Positions 29,400-42,849 of a DNA stretch of 64,000 nt are shown here, piece by piece (position 1 is the stretch's first letter; each line of letters opens with the position of its first letter). The notes below the pieces were generated by a model. It was not told the origin of the DNA and did no database searches. It saw only the letters and a list, made by a program, of their open reading frames with translations. This stretch comes from Octopus vulgaris. Lineage: Eukaryota. The position numbers and the translations under genes were made by a program. The stretch lies in the NCBI GenBank assembly GCA_951406725.2, contig OX597830.1, forward strand, positions 40,052,001 through 40,116,000, given 5' to 3'.

Positions 29400-30150
29400 T
29401 TCTAGGGCTCTCCAAAACCAGACTGCCTTGTGCTGCAAGAATACAATCAGCCATGCTCTTATTTCTAGTTCATTCTTTGATGTCGTCAGTTCATAAAACG
29501 TTTTTGATGGTTTCTTGCTCTCTCTTCCCCTTCACACACTTTCTTCTCCTTCACACCTTTTGTTAAATGGTATTGATTGTTTGAATGACATTAAAGTTCT
29601 TTTCATCAATACAGAGACCACAGAACTTTCATAAACTTAAATCCAGCCAAATCACTGGCGTCTAACAGTTCACTAGTAGCATTCGGCACGAGCTGTGTTT
29701 TTAACGCATAAAGTCTCTAAAATTAAGTTTCACTGTGACAAACCTGAAGCACCGTTCTATGTTTGTATATACCTTCCAAACTGTTTATACATTCTAATGT
29801 AATTTTAATCTAATTCAGTTTTAGAAATAATATATTCCTAAATCTCACAGAGATTTGTACGGTACAGCACGTTAACGGTGTTTCCTAGGGCTAAATAACA
29901 GTAGCATTCTTCCCTTTTATGGGACTGTCACATTAGGTTGACAACATACTATCACTTAATTCAGTAGTAATCCAATCTTCATTGGATTACGGAGCAAATC
30001 GTCTACGCAGACCTCCCGTAGATAATTTTTATAATTTACCTGCGCAGAGGATCGTCATCAGTTCCGCAAAACAAAACCAGATTGAACTCAATTCCTTGAC
30101 CCATGAGTGAAGGAAGAAAAACACAGTACAGTCCTAAAACAAAGGGTTTA
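29400..30150 (-). pseudogene. Highly decayed RTE-clade LINE ORF remnant
   Basis: 3' part reads *TDDIKE*TRNKSMADCILAAQG (RTE WxDDIKEWT...AAQDRxxWR terminus); upstream VQSGFVL is faintly like GVRQGCVL; the 5' boundary is uncertain. Confidence 0.55.
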
Positions 30151-30295
30151 ACTCAAGCCTGATCAGCTTCTGCACAGATCAGCAAATAATCTGTTTGCTA
30201 ATTTCTGTATAGAAATTTCCAAAAGCACTGTATAGCTTCACTGAATATTAAGCATTCTGGTATTACAGCTTCCACATGAAATATACTATGTATAT

Positions 30296-30498
30296 TTTTT
30301 CAGTCATTTGACTACAGCCATGCTGGAGCATCGCCCTCAGGGATTTTAGTCGAAAAGATCGACCCTTAGACTTATTTTTCAAGCCTAGCACTTATTCTAT
30401 TGGTCGCTTTTGCCGAACCGCTAAGTTACGGAGACGTAAACACACCAACATCGGTTGTCAATCGGGGATGGGGGGGGACAAACACACAGATATGTGTT

Positions 30499-30553
<55 letters not shown>

Positions 30554-30715
30554 GACGCGCTTCTTTCAGTTTCCGTATTCCAAATCCACTCGCAAGGCTT
30601 TGGTTGGCCTGAGGCTATAGTAGAAGACAGTTGCCCAAGGTGCTGCGCAGTGGAACGGAACACAAAACCGTGTGGCTGGGAAGCAAGCTTTTTACCATAC
30701 AGCGACGCCTGCGCC
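30296..30715 (-). mobile_element. SINE family B
   Basis: Full head, internal (TA)n and tail, as in 5556-6073. Confidence 0.85.
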
Positions 30716-30723
30716 TGTGTATG

Positions 30724-30787
<64 letters not shown>

Positions 30788-31206
30788 TATATAAAGGATG
30801 TGTGCGTATACATACATATATCCTCTCATAGCTCTTCCTCCTAGCGTTCATAATAATTTTTCTATCGTCTTGGCTTAACAACCCTCACCGTTTGTTTTTA
30901 CTGTCTTGTTCTCACTGCCCTGCTCTTGTTACCACTTATATCCTCTGCAAAAAATCCCAAATTTTATTTAATTTGCTATGCGGGAAGAGCTGTTTCAACG
31001 AAGTCGCGTATTGCCCTTACCTTCGAACGCGGAGTAGATGTGCATATGTATATACGTTTATATGTATATGTATGTATATATACATATATATATATATATA
31101 GATATAGAGAGAGAGAGAGAGAGAGTTACATACATACGTACATACATACATACATACATACATACATACATACATACATACATACATACATACATACATA
31201 CATACA

Positions 31207-31240
<34 letters not shown>

Positions 31241-31441
31241 ATTAAAGGATAAAACCATTAAAGTTAATGAATTTCATCAGTGGCAAGCATATAAAAAAAT
31301 AACCTTTTAAGGAAAAGTGAAAACTTATAGCGGCTGGACGTATTTGACGTCTACATGGATCATATAGGCACGATAGCGTCTGTACCCTTAATCATAATTG
31401 TATTCTATACAAATATATACATATATACAAATGTATTCTAT

Positions 31442-31496
<55 letters not shown>

Positions 31497-31604
31497 TCCT
31501 TCTTTCCTGAGCGTCCAATAATACTATATTTGTTCCACGTCCTCGCGTTGTTGTGTTTTTTGTGCTTTCTTGTTTGGATTAACTATATATAGATATAAAT
31601 ATAG

Positions 31605-31652
<48 letters not shown>

Positions 31653-31682
31653 GTATGTTTGTATGTATTTGTATATTTATAT

Positions 31683-32469
31683 AGGAGTGGCTGTGTAGTA
31701 AGAAGCTTGCTTCCCGACCACATGGTTCCGGATTAAGTCCCACTGCGTGGCACCTTGAGCAAGTTTCTTCTCCTATAGCCTCGGGCCCACCGAAGCTTTG
31801 TGAGTGGATTTGGTAGACGGAAACTGAAAGAAGTTTATATTTAGCAGAGTGGTGCATGTATATGAGTGCATGTTTGTATGTGTGTGTGCGTGTGATTTGT
31901 ATTTGTCACAGTGGTGTGTGTGCACATGTGTATGTATGTGTTTGTTCGTGTGTGTGTATTCCACGTCTGTGTGTGTGCGTGTATATGTTTGTATGTGTTG
32001 GTGGGGATGGTATGTGGATGCACATGAGTATGTGCGTGTGTGTCTGTCTGTGTATGTTTGTAGTGTTATAATTGCCCGGGTGATGTGTGTGTGCATCCGT
32101 ATGTGTGTGAGAGTGCATATGTATGTGTGTGAGAGTGTGAGTGTGTGTGAGTGTTGTATTTGGGGTACTTATTTTGTGCACAGAGATCTAGGTGGCCACT
32201 AAGTGGTATCTGTCATGTAATGGGGAACCCTCAGTTGTTGGCGGTGGACTGTCATCCTATATATATATATATATATATACATCCGGCCATCGATGGCCGG
32301 ATAACTGAAGAGATGGTGGCGTGGGTTTCCGCCCCGACATCCGAAACTCGGAGTTTTATCATAGCTACCGAATAATTGTCACATATTATATTTACAGATA
32401 AATTCCTCTATTTACATAATATCGAGGTCTCTTTCATTCTTTTGTTGTCTTACCATTCTATCAATATCA

Positions 32470-32504
<35 letters not shown>

Positions 32505-32540
32505 TGTATGTATGTATGTATGTATGTATGTATGTATGTA

Positions 32541-32573
<33 letters not shown>

Positions 32574-32850
32574 ATGTATGTATGTATGTGTGTATGTATG
32601 TATGTATGTATGTATGTATGTATGTATGTATGTATGTATATATTCGTTTGTCTATTTGTCACACCCCCGTCGCTTGACAACCGATATCGATGTGTTTATG
32701 TCATTGTAACTTAGCGGTTTGGCAAAGCGTCAGATAGAATAAGTACTAGGCTTACAAAGAATAAGGCCTGGGGTCGATTTGATCGACTAAAGGCGGTGCT
32801 CCAACATGGCCGCAGTCAAATGACTGAAACAAATAAAAGAATAAAAGAAT
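31683..32850 (+). mobile_element. SINE family B split by about 800 bp at its internal microsatellite
   Basis: Head 31683-31833 ends aaactgaaagaag; tail resumes at ~32650 (tttgtc...cgcttgacaaccgat...ggccgcagtcaaatgactgaaac). Confidence 0.7.
32300..32360 (+). ncRNA. Type I hammerhead ribozyme candidate
   Basis: gataa-CTGAAGA-gatg..ggcg..cgcc..catc-c-GAAA-ctcggag-TT-ttatc; 5-bp stem I, extended stem II, near-palindromic stem III; preceded by the palindrome atccggccatcgatggccggat. Confidence 0.7.
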
Positions 32851-32867
32851 AGAATACATATACACAT

Positions 32868-32913
<46 letters not shown>

Positions 32914-33379
32914 CGTACGTGTGTGTGCGACGTACGTGTGTGTGTACGTGTGTGTGTGTGTAAGGTAGATATAGAACTGTAAAGAAGCTATAGATCTAAA
33001 GAACCGAGTAAAAGTATATACAGAGGAGGTTATAAATTTTAAGATGGAATTCCATTAACCGCAGCTTTTACTTTCACGTTTTACCGAATTTCAACCAACC
33101 AAAGAAATAAATGAATCGATTTTATATTTATATACAGGATAACTAATAAATAAAAAAAAAACGTTGAATAAAGATGTCAGCAGAAAAAATCCTTTTCATG
33201 TGGTTGAAACGATGTATAAAATTCTGAGGCGATACACTGCTAGTATTTTGGATAGGTGATAATTTTAGTTTTTTTACTTTTTGTTCCTTCTTTTGCTTGT
33301 TTGTTTTTATGCGCGTTAGCTCAAAGAAATAGAATATTTTAACGGCGAGTATTAATATATTACGTGACTTTTGGTTTTT

Positions 33380-33700
33380 CAGCACTGAACAAGAGTTCAA
33401 TATGGCTTTCAGCTCTAAACGAAAATTGAAGATGAGCTTTTATGGAGAAATATATTTATTAACTTTGAGAGTTGCTGGTCATAAGCGCTGTTACTTTATA
33501 GCCCTTAACGTAGTTAATTTTCGAAGACCGAGTATTTTGATAAGCTTTTGCCGGAAGATCTTTCGAGGTTTCTAAAAACTGTTGATGCTGAATAAACCAC
33601 TCCTTAAATTTATTTTCAGTTAACCCAATATAATTTGTGGAAACTAAACTATCAGATGTAAATAGCTTTTGCACAATGAACTGTCGATCTCGAAAATGAA
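33380..33700 (-). pseudogene. Penelope-like GIY-YIG endonuclease remnant
   Basis: NYIGLTENKFKEWFIQHQQ matches PLE YIGxTExxFKxRxxxH. Confidence 0.7.
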
Positions 33701-33800
33701 TTATTTCATGAGCAATATGGCAGTCATATGAGCGGAAAGTTGCCTTTTGTTCCTGCTGTTGCTGTTGCTGTAGCTCTTTCCCAGCTTTGATCGAGTAGCC

Positions 33801-33913
33801 CAGTGGCTCCCAACCTTTTCGTGGTGGTTCCTAACAGTGGTTTCCAACCTTTTTACTTAATTGAGTTTTCCCACAGACCCCTTTTAATATGCTTATCCTT
33901 AGATAGATAGACG

Positions 33914-33993
<80 letters not shown>

Positions 33994-34196
33994 CAGAAAT
34001 ACAGCCGGTAACGATTTTTTCTGCAATATATTTCCTTATCGGTATCTTTTACTACATCTCAATGCTTCTAAAGCAAATTTTGTTGACATTCATCTTAAAT
34101 TAAATTTAATATATATATGAAATTTTGAATTTAGCTCATGGAACCCCGGTACTACGGACCACCAGAGGTCCACGGACCCCAGGTTGGAAACCACTG
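33801..34196. mobile_element. hAT (Charlie-like) MITE
   Basis: TIRs cagtggctcccaacc / ggttggaaaccactg; 8-bp TSD gagtagcc/gagtagtc; a second left TIR at 33835; internal (GATA)n. Confidence 0.85.
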
Positions 34197-34899
34197 GAGT
34201 AGTCCTATGCTACGTAGATTTTTGACCGAGCGAAGGGGTGTGATACACATATCTATGTTTTAAATTACATAATTTATCCTTCAAGCTACACATCCCGATA
34301 TGAAGCGATGAAATATTTCGGAGTGAAACGTGATATTGTGGATGTAATGTACCTTATCCACAATTGACTCTATTTTTGTACAGCCGTCGATTCTGGCAGC
34401 GATCATTACCAGTCTCTACGGGCGTGCAAAGTGTATATTCCTCCCTGAGCGGGGCGCCGGTCCGTCGAAGGATTACTCATATTTTACCAGTGACCACTAC
34501 CAAAATCTACGGGTGTACGAACTCGACAGTTGCTACTCATGTTCCTCTAGAATTGTCGCTGGCTGCGTACAATGCTTATGGTCAGTGAGGCTATTAATAA
34601 AGCAGTTGTTTTTGTGTGTATTCTTCTATTTTTAATATTTGCTTGAATGGATGTGAAAGATGTTTTACGATGTTGTTGTGTTGGTACTACGGGGTGTTGT
34701 GTATGAACTTGGTCTTAGAAAACGGTTTACCGTGCTGTTACAAAGAATGTCAGGCCATGAAAAACAAACTGTGACAGAAAACTGTGCCATTTGCGCTTCC
34801 AGATTATTTTTAGCAATTTCATCTCGCCGTGTGGATGAACTTTGGTTGTAGATTGTATACAGGTTGTTACAATCTATTTTAGCGGCTTCATGTGGAGAG

Positions 34900-36050
34900 A
34901 CTTAGAGCCTAGGTAGGATCGGCACATTCACGATGGTTCTAAAGTTTCGGCCAAATGTGGACCAGTAATTGATTTGAGCATGTTTGTGCATCATTTTCTC
35001 TTTTTTAACTTTGTCTTTTAAGTGTTCACAGAATATTGTGGAAGAGTTTTATATGTAACTCTAAGTACTTTTCTCTTCAGTGTGTATATGACATGTTTAT
35101 GTTGTATGTCAGGGTTGGTTGTATTTGGTGTTCTCTGGTTCTGTTGCTTAGAAAGGAGACTGTGAAACTGGCAGGTTTTTTTAAGGCTTTATTTCAGTGT
35201 GTTGTTGAAGCAAGTTTCCTGAAAAGACAGGTAGTGTTTGAGAACATATGCGACAGTGTTAGGGGTGTGATGCGAGGATGTGAATATGATGTCATCTACA
35301 TATGAGTGTTTAATGGAAGTACGAAGAGGTTATGTAAGTATAGATTGAAAAAAAGTGAATGGGACGAAAGCTTCATGTGGTACTCCGTTTGGAAAATTAT
35401 TGCAGGTTCTAAAGTGAATCATTCTTGTACACGATATTGGCTTGATAATCTAACAGGTGGTTCACTAGTCAGCGTTCTATGTTGTTTCTTAAGGCGATGT
35501 AAAGTATTGTTTTGTATGTGTGAATAGCGGGAAATGAAGTCGAAAGCTTTGCAGATGTCAGTCGTAGTTAAAATGATACGCAGGGAAGGGATTATGTTGT
35601 TGAAGCTATAGTGCACTTTTTGCGTTAGGTTTGTGAACAGTGTGGTTGTTGAGTGCAGTGGCCTGAATCCATGCTGTAATTTGATGAAAGGATGTGTTGA
35701 ATAATAAAAACAAGGATTAACCTTCTAGAATTCTTGTGATGGGAAAAGAAGAGTGAGGGGTGGAATATTACTTCCTGAACTTTTTGTTTTTTTTATGTAT
35801 TTTAAAATTTTAATAATTGCGTGCCCTGCTGAGAATTTTCTCAAAACCTGATGCTTTTAATGTTGAGGTTTCTCTATTGCTTTTTGAATTTTGAAAAATC
35901 ATGATCGGGGTGGAAAGTGCGCATTTTTTCACTCTGTGCTTATGATTTGCTTTTTAACTTCTCGTTTCGTTTTCGGAGTTGATTTTTCAGGAAATGTTCG
36001 ATAAGGGGTTTGCTTGATGTCACAGTTTGGTTATATCATTATCACGTCAC
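34900..36050 (-). pseudogene. Decayed LINE reverse transcriptase (Jockey/I-group-like)
   Basis: Ordered RT motifs QHGFRPLHSTTT (35676-35641), TDICKAFD (~35560-35539), NGVP (~35386), SYVDDI (35305-35288), then KVLRVT...MLKSITG; frameshifted. Confidence 0.85.
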
Positions 36051-36729
36051 CTCTCTTTTTGTCTGATGCCGTTATTATGACATAGTGTGTGATATTCACT
36101 GTTGCAGTATTTGTCGATGACGATAATGATGATAATAATGATGGTGACGGTAGTGGTGATGATGAGGAGGAGGAGGAAGAAAAGAAAGATGATGTGGATG
36201 AGATGATGTGGATGGTGATGTGGAGGAGGAGGAAGAAGATGGTTACCCGATATGTTGTTTTACTATTAGTTTTTTGATTTTATATATTAGATCCAAATGA
36301 TTGGCAGTTTTCTGTTTCGCTAAGGTTTATTTATTTATTTATTTATCTATTTATTTGTTTTGTTAATTATCTGTTCGGTTGTTTAAAGGATGGTATTTAC
36401 TTCAGGTTTACTCTGCAGGTATCGTCCCTCCTATTCTATGTCGTTCCTGGTTTTAATGAGTCTGACGATTTCAGGTGAGCAACTAGTGTTGTTGTTATTG
36501 TGTTTTTGTTTGTTTTTTTCATGTCTATAATTATTTTATCGAATCCATGAATGTATGCTCTGTCGTGTTTATGCAGTTGATTGTGATGTTGTGGTGTTTA
36601 TGCTGGTGACTGTTAAGCACTGAAAACCCACTGTTTTTTGAGGAACCACATTTCAATTTATTTATTTATTTTTTAGTTTGTATAAAAAAAGTATTTTTAA
36701 TTCTATTATTGGTATTCCTTTATTATTTT

Positions 36730-37165
36730 ATTCTTTTACTTGTTTCAGTCATTTGACTGCGGCCATGCTGGAGCACCGCCTTTAGTCGAGCAAATTGACC
36801 CCAGTAATTATTCTTCGTAAGCCCAGTACTTATTCTATTGGTCTCTTTTGCCGAACCGTTAAGTTACGGGGACATAAACGCACCAGCATCGATTAACAAT
36901 CAATGTTGGGGTGACAAACACATACACACAAACATATACACACACATATGTACATATATATATACATATATATATATACATATATATATATACACGACGG
37001 GCTTCTTTCAGTTTCCGTCTACCAAATCCACTCACAAGTCTGGGTCGGTCTGAAGCTATGGCGGGACAAACACAGATACATACATACATACATACATACA
37101 TACATACATACATACATACATACATGCATGTATGCATACATACATACATACATACATATATATAC

Positions 37166-37229
<64 letters not shown>

Positions 37230-37373
37230 GACAGCATTCTTTCAGGTTCCGCCTACCAAGGCTTGGGTCGGCCCAAGGATATAGTAAAAGACACTTGCCC
37301 AAGATGCCAGGGACTGAAGCCGGAACCATGTGGTTGGTAAACAAGCTACTTACCACTCAGCCCCTTCTGCGCC
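36730..37373 (-). mobile_element. SINE family B with a duplicated internal module
   Basis: Tail, microsatellite, partial head, second microsatellite, then full head. Confidence 0.8.
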
Positions 37374-38369
37374 TAATTGCTAGGGGGTTGGGGGTTGGAG
37401 AAGGGGAAACTGCTTGCGAAGGAGTTATGATAGCCAGATCTGAGAAGATGCCAAGGCCTTAAGGGGAATTCTTGTAGCTGATTTGGTGACGCATGCGGTG
37501 GTGTGCATTTGTGAATGAATGCATGTGTGCGTGCGCGTGTGTGTGCGTGTGTGTGTGCTCGCGCGTGTGTATGTGTGCGTCCGTGTATTTGTGTGTGTAT
37601 GTGTGTGTGCGCCTGTGTGTGTGTGTGCGTGTTTATGTGTGTGTATTATGTGTGTGTATATATGTATGTGTGTATGTGTGCGTGTACGCGTGTGTGCGCG
37701 TGTGTATGTGTGTGTGTATGTGTGTGCTCGTGTGTTGTGAATGTTTTAAAATATAGAGGGAGTCGATTTCTAGCATACGCACAAAAAGACTGCAAATGTA
37801 GTGGGGAGGTATAGTCTATTGGATCGATTCTAGCATTTAGTATTTTATTTTATCGATCCAGAAAGATGCGAGGCAAAATTCAAGTCGGCGAGATATGAAC
37901 TCAGAACATAAATGGCCGTAGGGAAATACTTCAATGCATTTTGTTCGACACACTGGCGCTTTAAGTTGCCCTAATATCACATCATTTCATTATTTTTTAC
38001 CTGTTGTTTTTGAAAGCCAGACGCTGTTGTGTTCAGCGAAAGTTACTCTGATGATGATGATGATGATAGTGAGGGCTTGAAAACTAATGCAATGGTCGGT
38101 GCAGATGATAGTGGCAAATTTATAACGTGGGAGGGAGGACAAACACACACATACACATATATCTACACGATGGGCTTCTTTCAGTTTCCCTCAACCAAAA
38201 TCTCTCACATGGCTTTAGTTGGCCCGAGGCTATAGTAGAAGGTACTTGCCCAAGGTGCCATGCAGTGAGACTGAATCCGGAACCATGTGTTTAGTAAGCA
38301 AACTACTTAACACACAGCTGCTCTTGCGCCTATGTGTATTTGTGTATTTGTGTGTGTGTGTGTGTGTGT

Positions 38370-38444
<75 letters not shown>

Positions 38445-38471
38445 TGTGAAACCAATATGTAAATACGTTAT

Positions 38472-38680
38472 AGCGGCGAGCTAGCAGAAACGTTACTGTC
38501 TGGAAAAATTGGTTTTTGGCATTTCTTCCGACTGTACATTCTGAGTTCAAATACCGCCGGGGTCGACTTTGCCTTACATCCTTTCGGGAACGATAAAATA
38601 AGTACCAGTCGAGCAGTGGGATCGATGTAATAGCCTTGCACCCCCTCCCACAATTGCTGGCCTTGTGCCAAAATTTAAAT
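38472..38680 (+). mobile_element. SINE family C
   Basis: gcggcgagctagcagaaacgtta...gagttcaaataccgccggggtcgactttgcc. Confidence 0.8.
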
Positions 38681-38704
38681 TCAGTAAATACATAAGCTAA
38701 TAAA

Positions 38705-38781
38705 CAGCCTGTCCATGAACTATTTTTACAAGTTCAACCCTTTCAAACTTCAAATTGTAACGGTAATTTATGGACATCCTG
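38705..38781. mobile_element. Tiny Tc1-type MITE
   Basis: Imperfect TIRs cagcctgtccatgaa / tttatggacatcctg followed by TA. Confidence 0.45.
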
Positions 38782-39289
38782 TATAACTGTTATAAAACCA
38801 TCCCCAAACGTACCGTAAAGAGCTCTGTTTAGTTAGATTTGGGGTGATACGTTTTCGGTTTCTCGTTTGTAAGGTTATTCTTCGAAATATTGCAACATGA
38901 ATGTTATGAGTAATGATAGAAACGTTTACATCCATTAACGTGCTCTTAACGATGTTAACGCTGCATACAGAAGTTTTAGATATTTTATACCAATGTTTAC
39001 AAAGTTAATTTGCCTGTGTAAGACATGTTTATCTCTCAATAGTTCCCCTGTCAAGCATTCTTTTCTTTTTTAACGTTGTTGTTGACCGTATTTGTTAAAT
39101 ATTTTGACACTTGATGCTTGCAATATCCGTGGTAAAATTATGTGCACAGCTGAAGCTAAATTTAACATTTTTCTATTAAATTTTTTAGGATATTTATGAT
39201 TTTACGTAAAGTGTTTATCTCATAAGCAAACGAAAGTGGCCACTTTGGTGAGCGAAGATCACTCGAATGAAATATCGGATAACCATATA

Positions 39290-39502
39290 CGAAGGGATGT
39301 TGAAAAAGAGTCCAGGCATTAAGGGTGTAGCGAAAGGCTTGGTTGGAGGCCCAACTTTCCGAGTTCTTTTACAGGGCTTACAAAAACTGAAGGGCTGCTG
39401 CAATAAGTGTGTGAATCTGAGAGAGGGATATGTTGAATAAAATCATAATTAACTGATCGTCCTGTATTTACCCAAAGCCAGGACCATTTCAGCACAATCT
39501 CG
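39290..39502 (+). mobile_element. Mariner-derived MITE
   Basis: Imperfect TIRs; retains the transposase C-terminus CNKCVNLREGYVE*; inverted homologue at 56441-56661. Confidence 0.75.
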
Positions 39503-39564
39503 TTCGATCAGTTTTACCTCAAGTATTAACTAAAACAGGCGGCGGGTGATTTGATGAGGATGAT

Positions 39565-39617
<53 letters not shown>

Positions 39618-40316
39618 CTCTTTAAGTTTCTGTCGATTGCAAACCAGTCTATTACATTTTCTTTAATAGGGCTTTATAGTCCATTAAACTTATGTATATC
39701 TCTATAAGGTCTCTGGAGATAAGAAGACGCTCTATCGCTGTACATTTGAATGTTTCGGAATTACACGTGGCCAGTGCTTACAGTACAGTGAGCACGTTAT
39801 CATGCTTAGATCCATACTTGTCGATCGGTTGACTGAACCGTTGAGAGAATGCTTCTTAACAAGGCTTAAAATACAAAATCAACAGCAATATATGAACCGT
39901 TAAACTCTTGATAAGCTAACAACTCAAAAGAGCGACAAATTGACAGAGTCGTTAGAAAGTTGTATAAAATAATCCGCGATAATTTTGTTCCAACTCTCTA
40001 CGCTCTGAGTTCCAATCCCGCTGAGATCAATTTTGCCATTCGTCTTTTCAGGGTCAATAAAAAAAAATGACTAATCCAGGGCGATGATTAACTTAATTGT
40101 TAACGTGTTGGATTTGATGCTTTACGAGGTCTGCTCCGTCCCTTTGAGGTCTAACAGCAACACTGATGATGACAACTGATGCCAGGTTGTATCGATCCCA
40201 AGGTGGCGGTATTTCCTGAACAACAACGTCCGGAGCGTGGAAAAGGAAGCCTTGTATGTATAGATAACTGCCGGTCTTTTACTTAAACTTTGCTCACGCT
40301 TTCGCATCGGGGGGGA

Positions 40317-40640
40317 CCCCCTTCGGTCACGACACTGACCATGGGATTGCACCTAGAAAGTTACCCTCCTAGTCACAAGTCTGGGCAAGGTGGTTTATGG
40401 AAGACCAGCAGTCGCCCATGCATACCGGCCTCCCCTCTCGACGCCACCAGTGTTATCCAAGGGAAAGGCAAAGGCCTACACAGCTTGGCACCCGTGACGT
40501 CGCAACTCATTTCTACAGCTGCGTGAACTGGAGCAACGTGAATAAAGTGTCTTGCTCAAGAACACAACACGCGGCCCGGTCCGGGATTCGAGCTCACAAC
40601 GTCACGATCGTAAGCTCGACGCTCTAACCACTGCGCCTTC
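40317..40640 (-). mobile_element. SINE family E
   Basis: tRNA-like head (ggcgcagtggttagagcgtcgagc...gagctcgaatccc); co-linear with 1105-1425. Confidence 0.8.
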
Positions 40641-40954
40641 ACTGTATGCGCCTTCACATGTACGCTTTCGCATACATGTGCAGATACGTAACCACCCTCA
40701 GACTGATGAAGGCCCGACATACATAACAACTCAACCAAATATTCTTTTATTTCAGCAAATTAAACATGGTGGCCTTTCCCGTACACACTATCAGGGACTT
40801 GCAGAGGGGAATTTTTTAATGTGTAGTAATCTTTTTATTTCAGCAATTAGATATATTATGTTAATCCATTAACTGCCAAATTTTTTTATTCATATTTTTT
40901 GGCTTTGCCAGGTGTCTTTGTAGTTAAAATAATATATAGCATTTAAATGTTCTT

Positions 40955-41255
40955 AGGAGTGGCTGTGTGGTAAGTAGCTTGCTTACGAACCACATGGATC
41001 CGGGTTCAGTCCCACTGAAGGCCAAGTGTCTTTTACTATAGCCTCGGGTCGACCAAAGCCTTGTGAGGGGATTTGGTAGAGGGAAACTGAAAGAATCCCG
41101 TCGTATATATATGTATGTGTGTGTGTTTGTGTCTCTGTTTGCCCCCCCCCCCAACATCACTTAACAACCGATGCTGGTATGTTTACGTCCTCGTAACTTA
41201 GCGGTTCGGCAAAAGAGACCGATAAAATAAGTACTGGGCTTATAAAGAATAAGAA
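40955..41255 (+). mobile_element. SINE family B
   Basis: Head, internal (TG)n and partial tail. Confidence 0.8.
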
Positions 41256-41507
41256 TATACGTGAATTATTTTGGAAATTTATGATAAGTTTTTCAAAAGT
41301 CCCAAATGGGGATCGCTGAAAAAAAAAGCATATTTATTTTTTTCTATTCAATTGTAAAAATAAACATTTTAGTTTTGTTTTTGAAACTATAGTATCAAAT
41401 GCGGAATGTGTATGAAATATCAATGAATGAAATAGATGGGAAATGAAAAAACAAAAATTGAGATTTATGATATATAATGTGCTCTAGAATTAGCCAGAGC
41501 TAATAAT

Positions 41508-41860
41508 TTTTTTCTACTCTAGGCACAAGGCCCGAAACTTTGAGGGAGGGGCCAGTCGATTAGATCGATCCCAGTACACAACTGGTACTTAATTTATCGA
41601 CCCCGAAAGGATGAACGGCAATGTCGACCTCGGCGAAATTTGAACTCAGAACGTAAAGACAGACGAAATACCAATTTCTTTACTACCCACAAGGGGCTAA
41701 ACACAGAGAGGACAAACAAGGACAGACAAACAGATAAAGTCGATTATATCGACCCCAGTGCGTAGCTGGTACTTATTTAACCGACCCCGAAAGGATGAAA
41801 GGCAATGCCGACCTCGGCAGAATTTGAACTCAGAGCGTAAAGACAGACGAAATATCGTCT
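41508..41860 (-). mobile_element. SINE family C with a duplicated core
   Basis: Two tandem gtcgatta.atcga.cccagt...gaactcaga.cgtaaagacagacgaaata blocks. Confidence 0.8.
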
Positions 41861-41939
41861 GTCTCTTGTCCAAGCTTGGTTCTTCGCGTTCGCCACTTCA
41901 TCTCGTTTAGGCTTAACAGCCCTTCCTGTTTGTTTTCAC

Positions 41940-42245
41940 TATCCTGTTTTTGTTACCAATTTTGACACTCCGCAAAATCCCAAATTTTATTTAATTTGTT
42001 TTGCAGGAGCAACTGTTTTATCGAAGGTGTATCTTGTCGTTGAATTGCTCGAAATACGGATAAGAAAAACAGCTGACAACTGATGAAGGGTCGTTCGTTA
42101 TGTTACTTGTCTTGCTTTCCATTTGCTTCTTTCGTTGTTGCAAAAAAGTTCATATTCCATGTATTCGTATTTCGTATCTCATGTTTTCGCATTTTTTATG
42201 TTGTTTACGTTCCGTGACGTCCTGTGCCCACATATATATATGCAT
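41940..42245 (+). mobile_element. TA-associated repeat with reversed-order hammerhead-like motifs (copy c)
   Basis: Hairpin 41968-42009, gctcGAAAtacggaTA (42047-42062), gacaaCTGATGA (42075-42086). Confidence 0.65.
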
Positions 42246-42336
42246 AAACGTATAGATGTAAGTATCTACATATACGTATGTATATATGCTATAGCCTCGG
42301 GCCGACCAAAGCCTTGTGAGTGGATTTGGTAGACGG

Positions 42337-42380
<44 letters not shown>

Positions 42381-42849
42381 TATATGGCCGCAGTCAAATG
42401 ATGAAACAATATATATATATATATATATATTATTTATATTATTGTATATATTATATATATATTATTTATATTTTTATTTAATTGAACGCCACGTATCCAT
42501 TTCCAAGTAAGTTTATCTTAATCTTTTTGATGCGACTCTACTCTATACTGTTTTCTCCCCTATCCTCTCTAATCCCCTCCCTTTCACCGTTTTCTGTCTA
42601 TCTCTATATCTCCCTCTTTCTCTTTTTCTCTCTCTCTCTCTTTCTCGTTGCTCACACGTGACCATCCTTCACCTTTCTTTTCCTCACGTGACCATCTTTC
42701 TTGCCTGCACGGACATTCTAAGGACTGGATGTCTCCTATCTCTCTCTTCTATCTTTTCTATTTTCAAAAAAAATATTTCTCTCAGCGTTCACTATTTTCC
42801 CCTCGCTCAGGTGTAACGACCCTCGTTCGGTTTCCCTGTATGTCTCCAC

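Noticed and set aside
30040-30133. Minus-strand 94-nt candidate exon (ttttag|GAC...CAG|gtaaat) open in two frames
   Set aside because: Peptides are unrecognisable and the segment appears to lie in the decayed RTE LINE remnant; chance splice-like sites
40698-40730. CTGATGAaggcccGACA hammerhead-like string
   Set aside because: No GAAA and no stem I
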